From Blasia pusilla (taxonomy: Eukaryota): 64,000 nt of DNA. This document shows positions 38,621-49,984 of the stretch, piece by piece. Position numbers and translations under genes: made by a program. The notes beneath the pieces were generated by a model. The model did no database searches and was not told the origin of the DNA. It saw nothing but the letters and a program-made list of their open reading frames with translations. The stretch spans positions 41,354,001 to 41,418,000 of the forward strand of contig CM114271.1 of the NCBI GenBank assembly GCA_050084515.1, in the 5' to 3' direction. How positions within the stretch are numbered: position 1 is the first letter of the stretch; each line of letters starts with the position of its first letter.

Positions 38621-38989
38621 GTTGGATGGCTATTAAGGCGGGCTCAGATAGTGGAAGATGTTACCACTAGAGGCCCTCTTAGCAACAATCATGTTTCTTT
38701 AGGCATAGGTAAATGATTCCTTGGCGTCTCAATTCCCTAAGTCCCCCTTTTTTGTACTTTTGATGGATTCCCTCATCACCCTTTATGCAAGCCTTATTTT
38801 ACTATAAATTCCTCCTTTATTGAAAATTAAAATATTTCCCTCTTCTCCTTTGTTGAAACATTATCCCTTCTTCCCCTCCTCTATTTAAAATTCCCTATCT
38901 CTTCTTTACTCTCATACTTGGAAATCATACCCCTATAATAATAGAGCCCACGCGCGCTTTCGTGGGATTGGAAAACTTCTATTAATGAT

Positions 38990-41040
38990 ATCTCAAAGGA
39001 TACGATGTGATTGCAAAGCCCCTAATCTTGTTCACCAAGGTGGATCATGAGTTACACAAGGGAAATGAGCAATAGAAAGCATTTCAACTCCTCGAGGAGA
39101 TATTAACACTGACAATTATCTTGAGAAGATCTATCAAGGGGTGTCATTTCTAGCCGTGCATAAATTGGAGTTTGTTGGGTTTGGGTATAGTGCTTACCTA
39201 GCATGACAATGAAGGTAGAGGGTTCACGATAGCTTGTGCTTGTCGCTCAAATAATGATGCAAAGGAAAAGTACATCTTGTATGAAAGTGAGTACTTAGCT
39301 ATAGTGTGGGCTATCACGCATTTCAAGTGTTATTTATTCGGTAACCCTTTCACCCTTACCACTAATCACCAAGTACTTAAGAGATTGATGAAGTCAGACA
39401 AGCTTGTATAGAAGCTTGCTAAGTGGGCTCTATTATTATAGGGGAATAATTTCCAAGTAGTTCATGGACTTGGAAGACTAAACCAAGATACGTAGATGAG
39501 TTGAGTTGTAACCCATGCTTGGTCAACGAGATACAAGTGTAGCTCATTGGCATGGTGCCTTGCTGGCACCCATATGCTTATTTGGGTTTAATTTTTGGCT
39601 ATGGATAGCCATATTGTGGTGAATTTGATGGTAGGGTTAGATGGCAAGTAATTAGATCCAAAGGCTGGTGAGAAGGCGACAAGTAGCAGAGATATCCACG
39701 AGGATGGGGTATTTTTGGAGTATGTAGGCATTGACAACGTTGTGAGCAAAATGGGTACTAGAGAGGGTGACCTACAACAAGCCAAATGGTTTATGTGGGA
39801 GGGGACACATGTTTTACGAGTTTAGGAAGATGGTAGAGTACAAGTGGTCCCTCATCCTTCGTAGAGAGCATGATTGGTGCAACATGTCCACAAGGAGTTT
39901 GAACACTTTGGAATGGACAAATAACTTGCTTGAAGTATATTATTGGTCATGAAATATACATACAAATGTACAAAAATTTATTGTCAAATTCATGGTGTGT
40001 GATTGGATCCCCAAATGTTTCAATACCCTGACTCCATAGTTGCATTCACTATTGATCATGGATTTCAAATTTTGCAGGGCCTTTGTACTTTATAGAGTAT
40101 TATAGTCATTGTGTGTTGGTGATGGTGGAGTACTTCTTGAAGTGGATAGAGTTGGTTGCATTCCCGAAAAAAGTGAGTAAGGGAGTAGTGTATGCACTCT
40201 TAGACCGAGTGCTCAATCAATATGGCGTACTAGCAACGACTTAACAAATCAATGTATAGGTGCAAGCATGTTCTCGATGAGCTGAGACATTTGAGAGAAT
40301 CATGGATATGGATTTTGAGAACTTGGCTATTGCACAACATCTAGACACATTCACGTGTATGTTTCATGTCTTCCTACAATAGACGACATCTATAAGGTTG
40401 GATGTTACAATATGGCTCACCATCTTGAGATTGTGTGAGGTATTGCCATCTAGTGTTCTCTTATTGGAGGGACGTGATGGTATGGTTTGGAAGGATTCTG
40501 TGCATAACTACGCACGATGTCACTTTCTTAATATTGATGGGGCAATGGACCCGAGATTAGCAATAGTATATGCATGTTTATGTTTTATGTTGTATGGATC
40601 TACGAGGGATACAACCATTATGCTAGTTTGTGATTGATGTTCGAGACGAAGATACATGGCACGTTTGACACCACCTCCCACTTGGGTTTCTCATGGACGA
40701 TGGTTATGTCCTAGATGTATATAAAGTAGGTACTTTGTGATCATAGATCTAGACTTGCAATAGTGATATGGATGATAAGAAGGTGACTAATTATGGGGTT
40801 ATATGAGCACTTGGTCTTTTTCTCTAGCATCGTTGATTTTTCTATCATGGTAGGTAAGTTTAGATGACTATCTGGAATTAGAGGGACCTAACCACCAACT
40901 AGGGGAATGATTGGAGATATTTTGGTATATGATTGACTACGTTTGTAGATGTAATGAGTGAGTATTATATCTTGTCTTTATGTATGTGTGGGTGATGATA
41001 ACAATGTATATTGTTTAGAGATGTGCATGTGCACGATAAG
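38990..41040 (+). mobile_element. Decayed Ty3/Gypsy pol remnant (RT end, RNase H, integrase, PHD) with partial LTR
   Basis: YESEYLAIVWAITHFKCYLFGNPF (RNase H), VMVEYFLKWIELV (integrase) and TIMLVCD*CSR...WLCPRC (PHD), with many stops. Confidence 0.85.
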
Positions 41041-42305
41041 TTAGTTAGCATAAAAGTCCAATTCAAAACTTTTCAAGTTCGATTACCATTGCCGAAAACT
41101 TTCTTTGGAGAATTTCTTATCATCTTTCGACCTCCATCCCTGTATAGCTCACTAGAAATATCCAATCCAAAAGAAAATTGAAATGACTTTCTTGCCATGG
41201 AAATTTTTTCTCAAAATCATCTATCGTATAATCTATACTATTATTGAAGATACTCATCTTGCGTTTAAATATCCCACACGTCAACACACGATATTTTTTC
41301 TCAATATAATTTTGCCTCCTATTACCATTTGGTACCTTTAATTCGAATTGACACTCCATTATCACGACCAATATCACACATGCATCCCCAAATTTCCCCC
41401 TTCATTGCATGGGCATCGAATGTTTCAATCTTGAAACATTCGTTTATCAATAAAAAAATCATTCATATTAAATGTCATCAAAATTGCCTACCATGAGGGA
41501 TATCGGCGGGCTTGAATCCTATGGCCACTCAACATACTATCACGATCACATGAAGGTCCCAAGAAACAATATATGCATTGTGATTGAGAAATCATTATCA
41601 GTGGAAGTAGTCCAAAAGACAATGAATTTGATTTGGAATACTAGTTTCCAAGGGTCACAAAACTAAGTTCTATGCCTCGGCCAAAATTGTTGGCGGAAAT
41701 CCAGTGGTCACGAGGATACCACTATTTGAGCTCGATCCCATAAGTAGACAAACACACTACAACGACCCTCATTTCTACGTCTGAAATAGATTACCAATAG
41801 ATAATATGACAAAACACACTGGTCCCGGATAATTACTTCCCATCATAACCAAGTCGAGATCGCCAAGATGTTAGACCAATTCTACACCCAAAATTTTTTA
41901 GGGCAGACAAATCGGCAACCCTCTATGGTCGCTTGTTTATGTGTGCATGAGATTACACACTTTGAGGTGCGCATGGGATCCACCCTTAATTTACATCATT
42001 AAAAGAGAGAATGAGAAAGGGAGAATGAGGTTAGAGGAAACCCTCCTCTACTTGTGGTGTTGGATACATGTCATTTTAAGAGAGGGAATTCACTTAAGAG
42101 AAGACAATAAAAAATAAAAACCAGAAGCTTTTTAAAATTTGAATATCATCCATGTTATACAAGGGCACAAACTAGGGAGAAAAAAAATCTATTGTTAAAA
42201 TGTGGTTAAAACCCAATCATGGCATGGTCATGAAATTAAAATTATTAATTAAGTATATTAATAAATCGAGTCACCGCAATGCCAGTCCCGGCTGAGGAAG
42301 CAGGC

Positions 42306-42313
42306 TACGTGGC
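42306..42313 (+). promoter_or_regulatory. G-box/ABRE-like element TACGTGGC upstream of OHP2
   Basis: Motif lies ~290 bp upstream of the ATG, just before a pyrimidine-rich tract; the same octamer is upstream of HCF152 (21801-21808, minus). Confidence 0.4.
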
Positions 42314-42593
42314 GTCACGCTCAGGCTCACATCTCTCATCCTCCTTGTTCGCCTCCCGTCCATTCCTCTCCTAGTCCTAAACCCTCCGTCCTTGGAACGG
42401 GTCCTGCCTTCCCTTTCCTTTCCTTTCCCTTCCCTTGTTTCGACACTTTAGGGTCGAAACAACTTGTACCAGACGGATAAGAAAGAACTTGGGAGGGACA
42501 GATCCTTGGAAAGGGTAGGTCCTTTCCCTACCCTTCCCCTGTGTCGTCCCTTCTCGCGTGAGACAGATAAGCAAGAACTTGGGAGCTTTGGCG

Positions 42594-45500
42594 ATGGCAA
42601 TCTCCGTCACCATGGCTGTCTCAGCTCCCACATCGTCGCTGCATCTTCTTCCGTCTTTCGAAGGCCTTCGCGCTCCTCGGCGTGCGTCTGTGAGTGCATC
42701 ATTCTTGTTTTTCAGATTCCATTTCAGCGTACTAATTGTGCTTGCAATTCTTGGTTCTCCGAGAAAGTGACGAAGTGGAGGTGTAGGGACTTTGTGTTCA
42801 TGTCATTCCGCTTTCAGTGGCCCCATTCCGAATTCATTCTAGCAGTCGGAGTGTATTGGAGTACTGGAATCTCTCGTTTTTCCCACTCTCGTATCAACAG
42901 CGCAGTTGGCTTCTGATTCTGGATCTCCGAGGAACTACAGACTTTGGGACTGATTTGTGGTTGGTTTTCTTGGTCAGGTGAAAGCTTTGGCTGTACCTGC
43001 AGATAGTAGCATTCATCGACCACTGATCGTAGCTGTCCAAGAGCCTATCGCCAGTACCACTACCTCCTCTCCTCCTCCAGCTTCGTCCAGCACTAGCAAG
43101 TCCGGGGGCGTCACTATCGAGTACCAGCGACAAAGGGCGAAGGAGATGCAAGAATATTTTAAGGACAAGAAGTACGACGAGGAAATCTTTAAAAGTAGAC
43201 TCTTCGGCTGGACTCGGAAGAACGAGGTCACAAATGGCAGGTGAGATTTGCTTGTCGAGATGGATATGTGATGTGGCTCAGACATTTGGTAAAAGTAGAT
43301 GGGGAAGAAATGTGAGTAAGGTGGAAGAAAGGTCAGTAGTATTGACCAGACACATTGCGCTATTTTGGGATGGGAGCGTCTTCGTTCGTGACCAGTCATG
43401 TCAATGTTTGCTCATCACGGGCTTGCTAAACGCAAATTTTTCTCTATCTGTTTCCACCAAACCTTAGCGTTATAGACACAATCCCAGATTTGGAACCCTT
43501 AGTTCTCTCCATTCTATCTTTCTACTTGGCATGCGCTGTCACCTCTTCTGCTCTGTTACTAGCTTTGAATTCGATTACGGATTCGGAATCCTACTTCCTT
43601 ACATTCCACCATTTTATCTGGGATGCCATTCGACCTTTTCTCTAATTGATTGCTGACTTCGAATTAGATCCCGGCATGTCCCTTCCCAGCTTTTGGGTGA
43701 TTGATTCCACGTTTTATGTTGGTTGAAAATCCACATCCTACAAGTCGTGATATGTAGGTGTGTGTTGATGTTATTTGCAGCAAGTCACTTGTTGCGCTCG
43801 ACATTTTGAATCGAGTTTTTTGACAGACATCTGTAAAGACAATTAATATGCACATATTGCGCTAAACTCTCGTAAGTCCGTACCATTCACGATTTGGATT
43901 TTCTAAGATAAATTGCTAGGGTTATGCACTGTTGCATTCCCTTTCCAGTATTCAACCTGATTTAGATCTTGATCACTGCTTTAGGGAATAATCATTTCCC
44001 CACCTGTCAATGTAGCTCATTTTGGGAAGGAAGGGACAGGATGTGATTGAACTTGTTTCAAGTTTACGGTAAGCATGTAATCTCAGGGGAGCCCTTCCAT
44101 GTGTGTCCCTTGGGATCGCATCCGATGTGATCTCTCATCAGATCTCAAGCTTCTAGGCTCGGACTCTCAATGAATGAGAGGTTTTTAGGGGTGAAGGCCC
44201 TGGATCTCCATCCTGTCATCTGGGAGTATAGGCAAAGTTCACACTCTGTGTAGCATGGTTCGTCCATGCTCTAGGTAGGTGATATCACTTGCAGGCTCGG
44301 GCAACCCTTGACTGTCAGTACCAGGTATTGAGCTGCCAACTTACTTCTCAGGAAAGTAGGAGAAAGTTAGGCAGTACCATGTAGTGCTGCTGGAGAGATC
44401 AATGAATCGAAACATTCAAAGATACTTACGGCACACTGGTTGGACGTTGCTGAATGTTTTGTGTAAAGATTAATCTATTACCTTGGTTGTTCGGAGACAG
44501 GAATTGCCCTGAGGTAGGTCGTGAACTTCTGGTTCAGGAAACACATTTAGTAGAGAAATGTCGGGTTGTGCTTTTTTTAATACTGTATTTCTTCAAGATT
44601 TCTTCTGCTGCTCTGGTTACTGCATTCACATTAGAGGTCTCCCACAATCAGTCGTAGGAACTACACCGAAAGAGTCTCCTGGATATTTTCATCCCCAAAC
44701 TTGTCTCTTGGACGGGTCCCTTTGTCATGTGGTCTCCATCAACAGCTTTGGTTGGGGATCTAAAGGTATTCCCTAAAGTTGCCTCTGCAACTCACGTTTT
44801 GGCTACAGGACGCCTGTCATCCAGTGGCTCCACTCCACTGCAAATTCAAATGCACACCTGCCTTAGGCACACCCGGAACGAAGCTGACATCATACTACAC
44901 TGTATAAGAGACTCTACTCACAGTAGCAGAGCATCTCATTGCCTTGCAAACATAGACCTATAGAGCGCGAGAGAATTTTCTCATGCACCAATGCTCTGCC
45001 TTAGCTAAGAACCGACAATTGTGTCCTCCTATGACAGGATCTAGATTGGATGGATATTGCACTTCCGCCGCAACCATATGTCTTCAATTTCAGGAGACAG
45101 GATGCACTGGGTTGGGGATGTAGGATTAAGCAACGAATTTTATGTACACACATTCTTCAGACCCACTCATTGTTCATGAGGCACTTCTTCCCTTGAGAGA
45201 CACTGGGGATTGAATTCCTTCCCGCCAGCAAGAGAGGAGCTCGCAAATTTATCATTATGATGAGATAGCATGATGTAGGGGACCCAACAAGGTCTTGGGA
45301 TTGAGAGACTGAGCGACTGAGCAACTGAGCTACTTGGTGAACAGTGTCTGTCTTGGCCTTGTGACTATAGATCAACCATGAGAGGCAGGCAGAAAGAGAT
45401 GCTGCATTCGCTTATGACATTCTACTCTTTATGACACCGCATTACCCTGTTCATGTATCACTGAAATGTCGTCACCTGGTTGATGGTACAGGTGGACTAT

Positions 45501-45606
45501 GTTTGGAATTGCCGTTGGCTTGTTAACCGAGTATGCGACGGGATCCGACTTTATTGAACAACTCAAAATCATTGTATCCAATTTGGGCATTGCAGAAGTG
45601 GACTAA
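42594..45606 (+). CDS. OHP2: One-helix protein 2 (LHC-like family), chloroplast precursor; exons 42594(or 42612)-42689, 42978-43240, 45492-45606
   Basis: VTIEYQRQRAKEMQEYFK...FGWTRKNEVTNGR|WTMFGIAVGLLTEYATGSDFIEQLKIIVSNLGIAEVD*: LHC motif ExxNGRW plus the OHP2-specific C-terminus. GT-AG introns of phase 0 and 2. Confidence 0.95.
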
Positions 45607-45959
45607 ATCTTGTCTTTCCGAACAGCAAAGCTGTGTATACAATGTAGCTTAACCACATTCACCTCTGGAATAGAGACTGTTTGGCCGAATTTTTAGACAA
45701 CTTATCAGGTGATCTGAAGAATCTTTGAATTAAACAGCTATGGGTTCAATTTTTGTATGTAAATCTGAAAACCGTGATCAAGGCCAATGAATGAAGTTTC
45801 AATCATACTTTTAGGATTATTCAGAAATAGTTTTGTCCACCTATGGCACCCTGCATATGTGAGACTTGTACCATCCACAGTGGCTTCTGTATTTTAACCA
45901 GCTGAGCAATTTAAAAAGTCGGTTGTGTTCCATGGAAAAGGTCCTTGTAATTGTGCCAT

Positions 45960-48400
45960 CACTTTGTCCCAACTATGAGTTGTGGATTTTCGCTCTTAGA
46001 GCCAAATGCCTAGATAATGTTGCTCCTTGATTGCAGCCTTGTATATCTTGTGAATTTCAATCTCAAGGGTATACAGGTGGGAGACTGACTCCAAGAGTGG
46101 GGAGGGAATACCAAGGCCACATCTGGCCTGGGGGAAAGGGAGCTACCTAAAGGAACATGACCACCAGCAAAAAGGCCTCTTCGAATCATGTTTCCACATT
46201 TTGAGCCTGCCTCCGAAATCCAACTAAAGAGTACCTTGGGAAGCGATGAATCCATTGTCTACAAAGTGACAACGCACAAGTTGAGGACAATTCACTTCTA
46301 GAGCGCCAAACCTCTCCCTCATCATTCCATACATCTCTGTCGGTAGTGTGAGGTACTTACGTTATGTATGATGATCAAAAAGATGAGCCATAATTTTCTT
46401 TGTGGAGTCTCTCTAATGTCACCACGTGTGTGCCTGAATAGACTCATAGGATTTGTGATTGTGACATCGTTCACCACAAACTCAGCTTCCCACGTCATTG
46501 AAAGTTTAGCTTGAATAAGAATGGTGCATGGAATAGCATTAGGCCTTTAGCATGTGAAAGTTTGTACCTTGCACTACCTTGTGAGTGGCAATCCTATCAT
46601 CCCCCAATTGGACATTGCGTTAAATGCAAACCAAGAGAATCTATACAATCACAAATATGTCGAGCCAATAGTGGGCAAGAGGAATGCCTATGGGCTAGTG
46701 TGCCCAAGGGACTCTCAAAGGAGCCCAACTCTGCAAGATATTCGATCATTCGTAGGATCCTCCTAACAAATATCTAAAGAGGGTATGGAGGTAGTTAATA
46801 TCCACTCAATTTTAGTAAGATGATCAAGGTGTGTAGCTAAACAAATAGAGAAGATGACCAACTCACCTATCACCAATCCTCATGTGGTCATCAATATGAA
46901 GCACATCCTTCATAAGTGTTGTAACTCTAAAGCTCAAAACAAAGTTTGGCTTCCAAGTGGAACCCATAAGACGTGCAAACCTCCATTAGTTGTCATAAAT
47001 CCGTCACGTATATGAAGGTCAAAGGATAGTCGCGATGGAGATCATCCCTTATACGTCCCAACCTTCACTGTTAGGACAATACATGCCAATTGGGTAATAA
47101 GTGGTGGAATTTAGGGACAATGAGATCTCCTAAACCAATAATACGCATATCATGAGCCAATGAGGGGAAAATGCAACTTGAAAACGCCTCCACCATAAGT
47201 ACAGTCAATAACATACTACTAAGCCAAGGCAAAAAGAGCACCATCCATGTGATCACCTTGACGGGTATTGTTGGCAAATTCTAAAATTGTTCTCAACATT
47301 CACTCGATGAACAACCCACTCTAGATACAACCCAATGCGAGAGTCTTACAGCCAGTTGGGATGACTCTCCAAATTAATGCAAACATTAGTGTGACTAGAA
47401 GTCCTCATGAAAATTATAGAGCAAAAGTTCAATTTGCCAACCTTAGGAGAAGCTTACCAATGGCAATTAAAAGAATCCCTCCATCCTTCTTAGTCTACAC
47501 CAAGAGTCACTCCACCACCAACATTTGGACTACTATTTCCGGAATTCTCCCCTCAACTAGGTCAAAAGCAACTTGGAGTAGCTCACAAAAAGCCATTAGT
47601 GGAATCCTTTGGAGGGAAGCAATCTTGAAGGTATTTAATTTGTACATCATGCGTGACAAACCTCTAGAAGCAATCCACATAGTACGCCCAAATGATCATG
47701 CAAAGAGCAATTAGTCAAGTCCAACAACCTTCCCAAAATGGAAGTCACATACAAGAGTGAGGATATCAATCACTACCTCAGAATATAGCCTTCGGAGGGC
47801 GTTGATAGCATCAACCGTTGGAAGCGCAACATCCATAGGGTAAAGAGTGCACGCAACTCGCAAGAACTTGCAAGCACGTCATAGTGTTCTACAACATTGC
47901 AACCTGGTTGCTACAAGGTCATACAAAAGGAAAACCAAGTGAAATGCTCCCAATGACGTAAGCCAAAAACTTGCTTTGAAGAGACTCCCAATCACCTCCA
48001 CGAGAATGCCTCAATAATGCCAAACCTTGATATGGTCGGCCTTCCCTCTTTAAGTCTAATAGATATATCAACCTAAAAGAAGAAGTAGTAGATACCATGA
48101 GAGCTCATCCATAAGGTCAAGTACGATCCTAGCTAGGGGTAGGAGGAAAGAATAATGGAGGTCATGCCCTCATGCCATGGCGGATGGCAAGTGAGATCCC
48201 TTGGAATAACCTCGGGAAGGGAAAACATGTCTTGAAGAGACCCATGCTACTTTTGAGGTGAGATCTCCCATGACTCAAGAGGGCATGGGGTTGCGATTGA
48301 AGGACATCCATGGTCGATTAGGAGAATCATCCATCCAAATATATTAAAGACGAGATGTTGAGATACTAAGTAATTTTGGACTAAACTGCAAAAGAAAGAT
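45960..48400 (-). mobile_element. Third, strongly decayed CRE-clade non-LTR copy
   Basis: KKDGGILLIAIGKLLLRL, TRQGDHMDGALFALA and AFSSCIFPSLAHDMRIIG are collinear with the RT of the 22-26 kb element. Confidence 0.75.
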
Positions 48401-48549
48401 TCGAGACAACAAGGGTATTTAATATATCAACTAGATTTTCCATGTGGCCTCAAATTGGGGACGAATTGTGACTCTCTGATGATTAAGGCATAGATACAAC
48501 TAATCTCGAGAGAACCTCCTCTCTCCAGCATACATGGGAGATAGCACAA

Positions 48550-49170
48550 ATCCTTGCAAGCCTAGCGCAAAGTCCCATGTGGGCTAGCGCTACCCAAGCG
48601 CGAGGGTTAGGCCAGCGTACAGGCCAAGCGGAGAGTAGGGTGCATGCTTAGGCGTCGACCATGCAAGTTGGGTACCAAGCCTAGGCTCAGGCCAAGATGG
48701 GAGGTTTCGAGCTCCCTACAAGCTAGAGCAGACCCTTGCAAGCCTAGCGCGGACTCCCATGCGGGCTAGCGCTGCCCAAGTGCGAGGGCTAGGCCTACGC
48801 ATGGGCCAAGCGAGTTGGCACTGCCTAGGCACAGGCCATGTGGGCTTGGTGTTGGTTGGCACAGGTTGTGTACAAGCTAGGAGAGTATGGTGCATGCTTG
48901 GGCGTGGGCATGGGCCAATCGGGCTTGGTGTTGGTTGATGTGGGTTGTGTACGGGCCAGGAGAGGCTTAGGTGCGACCATGCAGATGGGGTGCGGGCCTA
49001 GAGCCAAGATGGGAGGTTGCGGGCCAATTGCAGGCCACCCAAGATTGGGCGTGGGCTTAAGCGCGGGCCTTGAACGGGCTGATGTGTGGGGCATGGACCG
49101 GGGTCGTTTGCGGATAGAGGTGGGCTTTGGGTATGGATTGTTCCGGAGGCCACGTGATTGGTATTGAGGG
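48550..49170. repeat. GC-rich repeat block with ~182-bp period, probably a TE subterminal region
   Basis: CTTGCAAGCCTAGCGC...GGCCAAGCG at ~48553 and ~48735, with a further partial copy near 48880-49020. Confidence 0.6.
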
Positions 49171-49984
49171 ATGGATAGGAAAGGGGAATATTAGAGTATA
49201 AGTGAATAGGGTGGTTGTATTAGAGAATATGTTAGTTGCAAATGAAGATGGATGAAGAAGTTGGGATTATTGAAAAAAGGTTGGGATTACAAGAACAAAA
49301 GAAGATTTTTTATATACTTATTAGTGGAATTGGTTAAGGCATCAACAATAAGTAAGGATAGATGAGAAAAAAGAATCAAGGATTAATTCCCTTCCTTCCA
49401 TCCTCCCCTATATAAACTTGCTCATTTTTAGTATTATATCACAATCTAACTCCTCTCTCCATCTCTCCCTCTTTCTAATCTTTTTTCTATGTTCATTTCT
49501 CCATAGATAGGTGAAGTTGATAAATGAGAATTTATTTTTCCACTCGATATCTCAGTTATCTAGGTTAGCATATTGATCTTTATTGTTCTAAGATTACTAC
49601 TAGCGCATTCATATATAATATATAATGTAATTAATGTATATTCCATAGATCAATATATCTAATTATTGAGTATGTAAAATTATTGCGATTTACCCAAATA
49701 TTGTTTGGGTGGATACAATATCTACTTGGAAGGAACATTACGAAGAAGTACATATGGAAGGTGGAACACAAGTAAATAAAATGTAAGTATTATTCATATT
49801 CAATAAAAATATATCATAACACGCGGATGGTGGAGCATTTCACACAAGAGAGTCGAAAGACAAAAGATGGGAATCACGATACACATCATGCAAAATTATG
49901 TGTTAAGGTTCAAACTTATGATGGAAGGTAGGGCAAGGGCGAGTGGAGCAATAACGAGGGAGGGAGTGAAGGTGCAGGGCACTC

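Noticed and set aside
43241-45491. Nested gene or RNA in the 2.25-kb OHP2 intron 2
   Set aside because: Only short ORFs; no snoRNA, tRNA or TE hallmark that I could support by eye.
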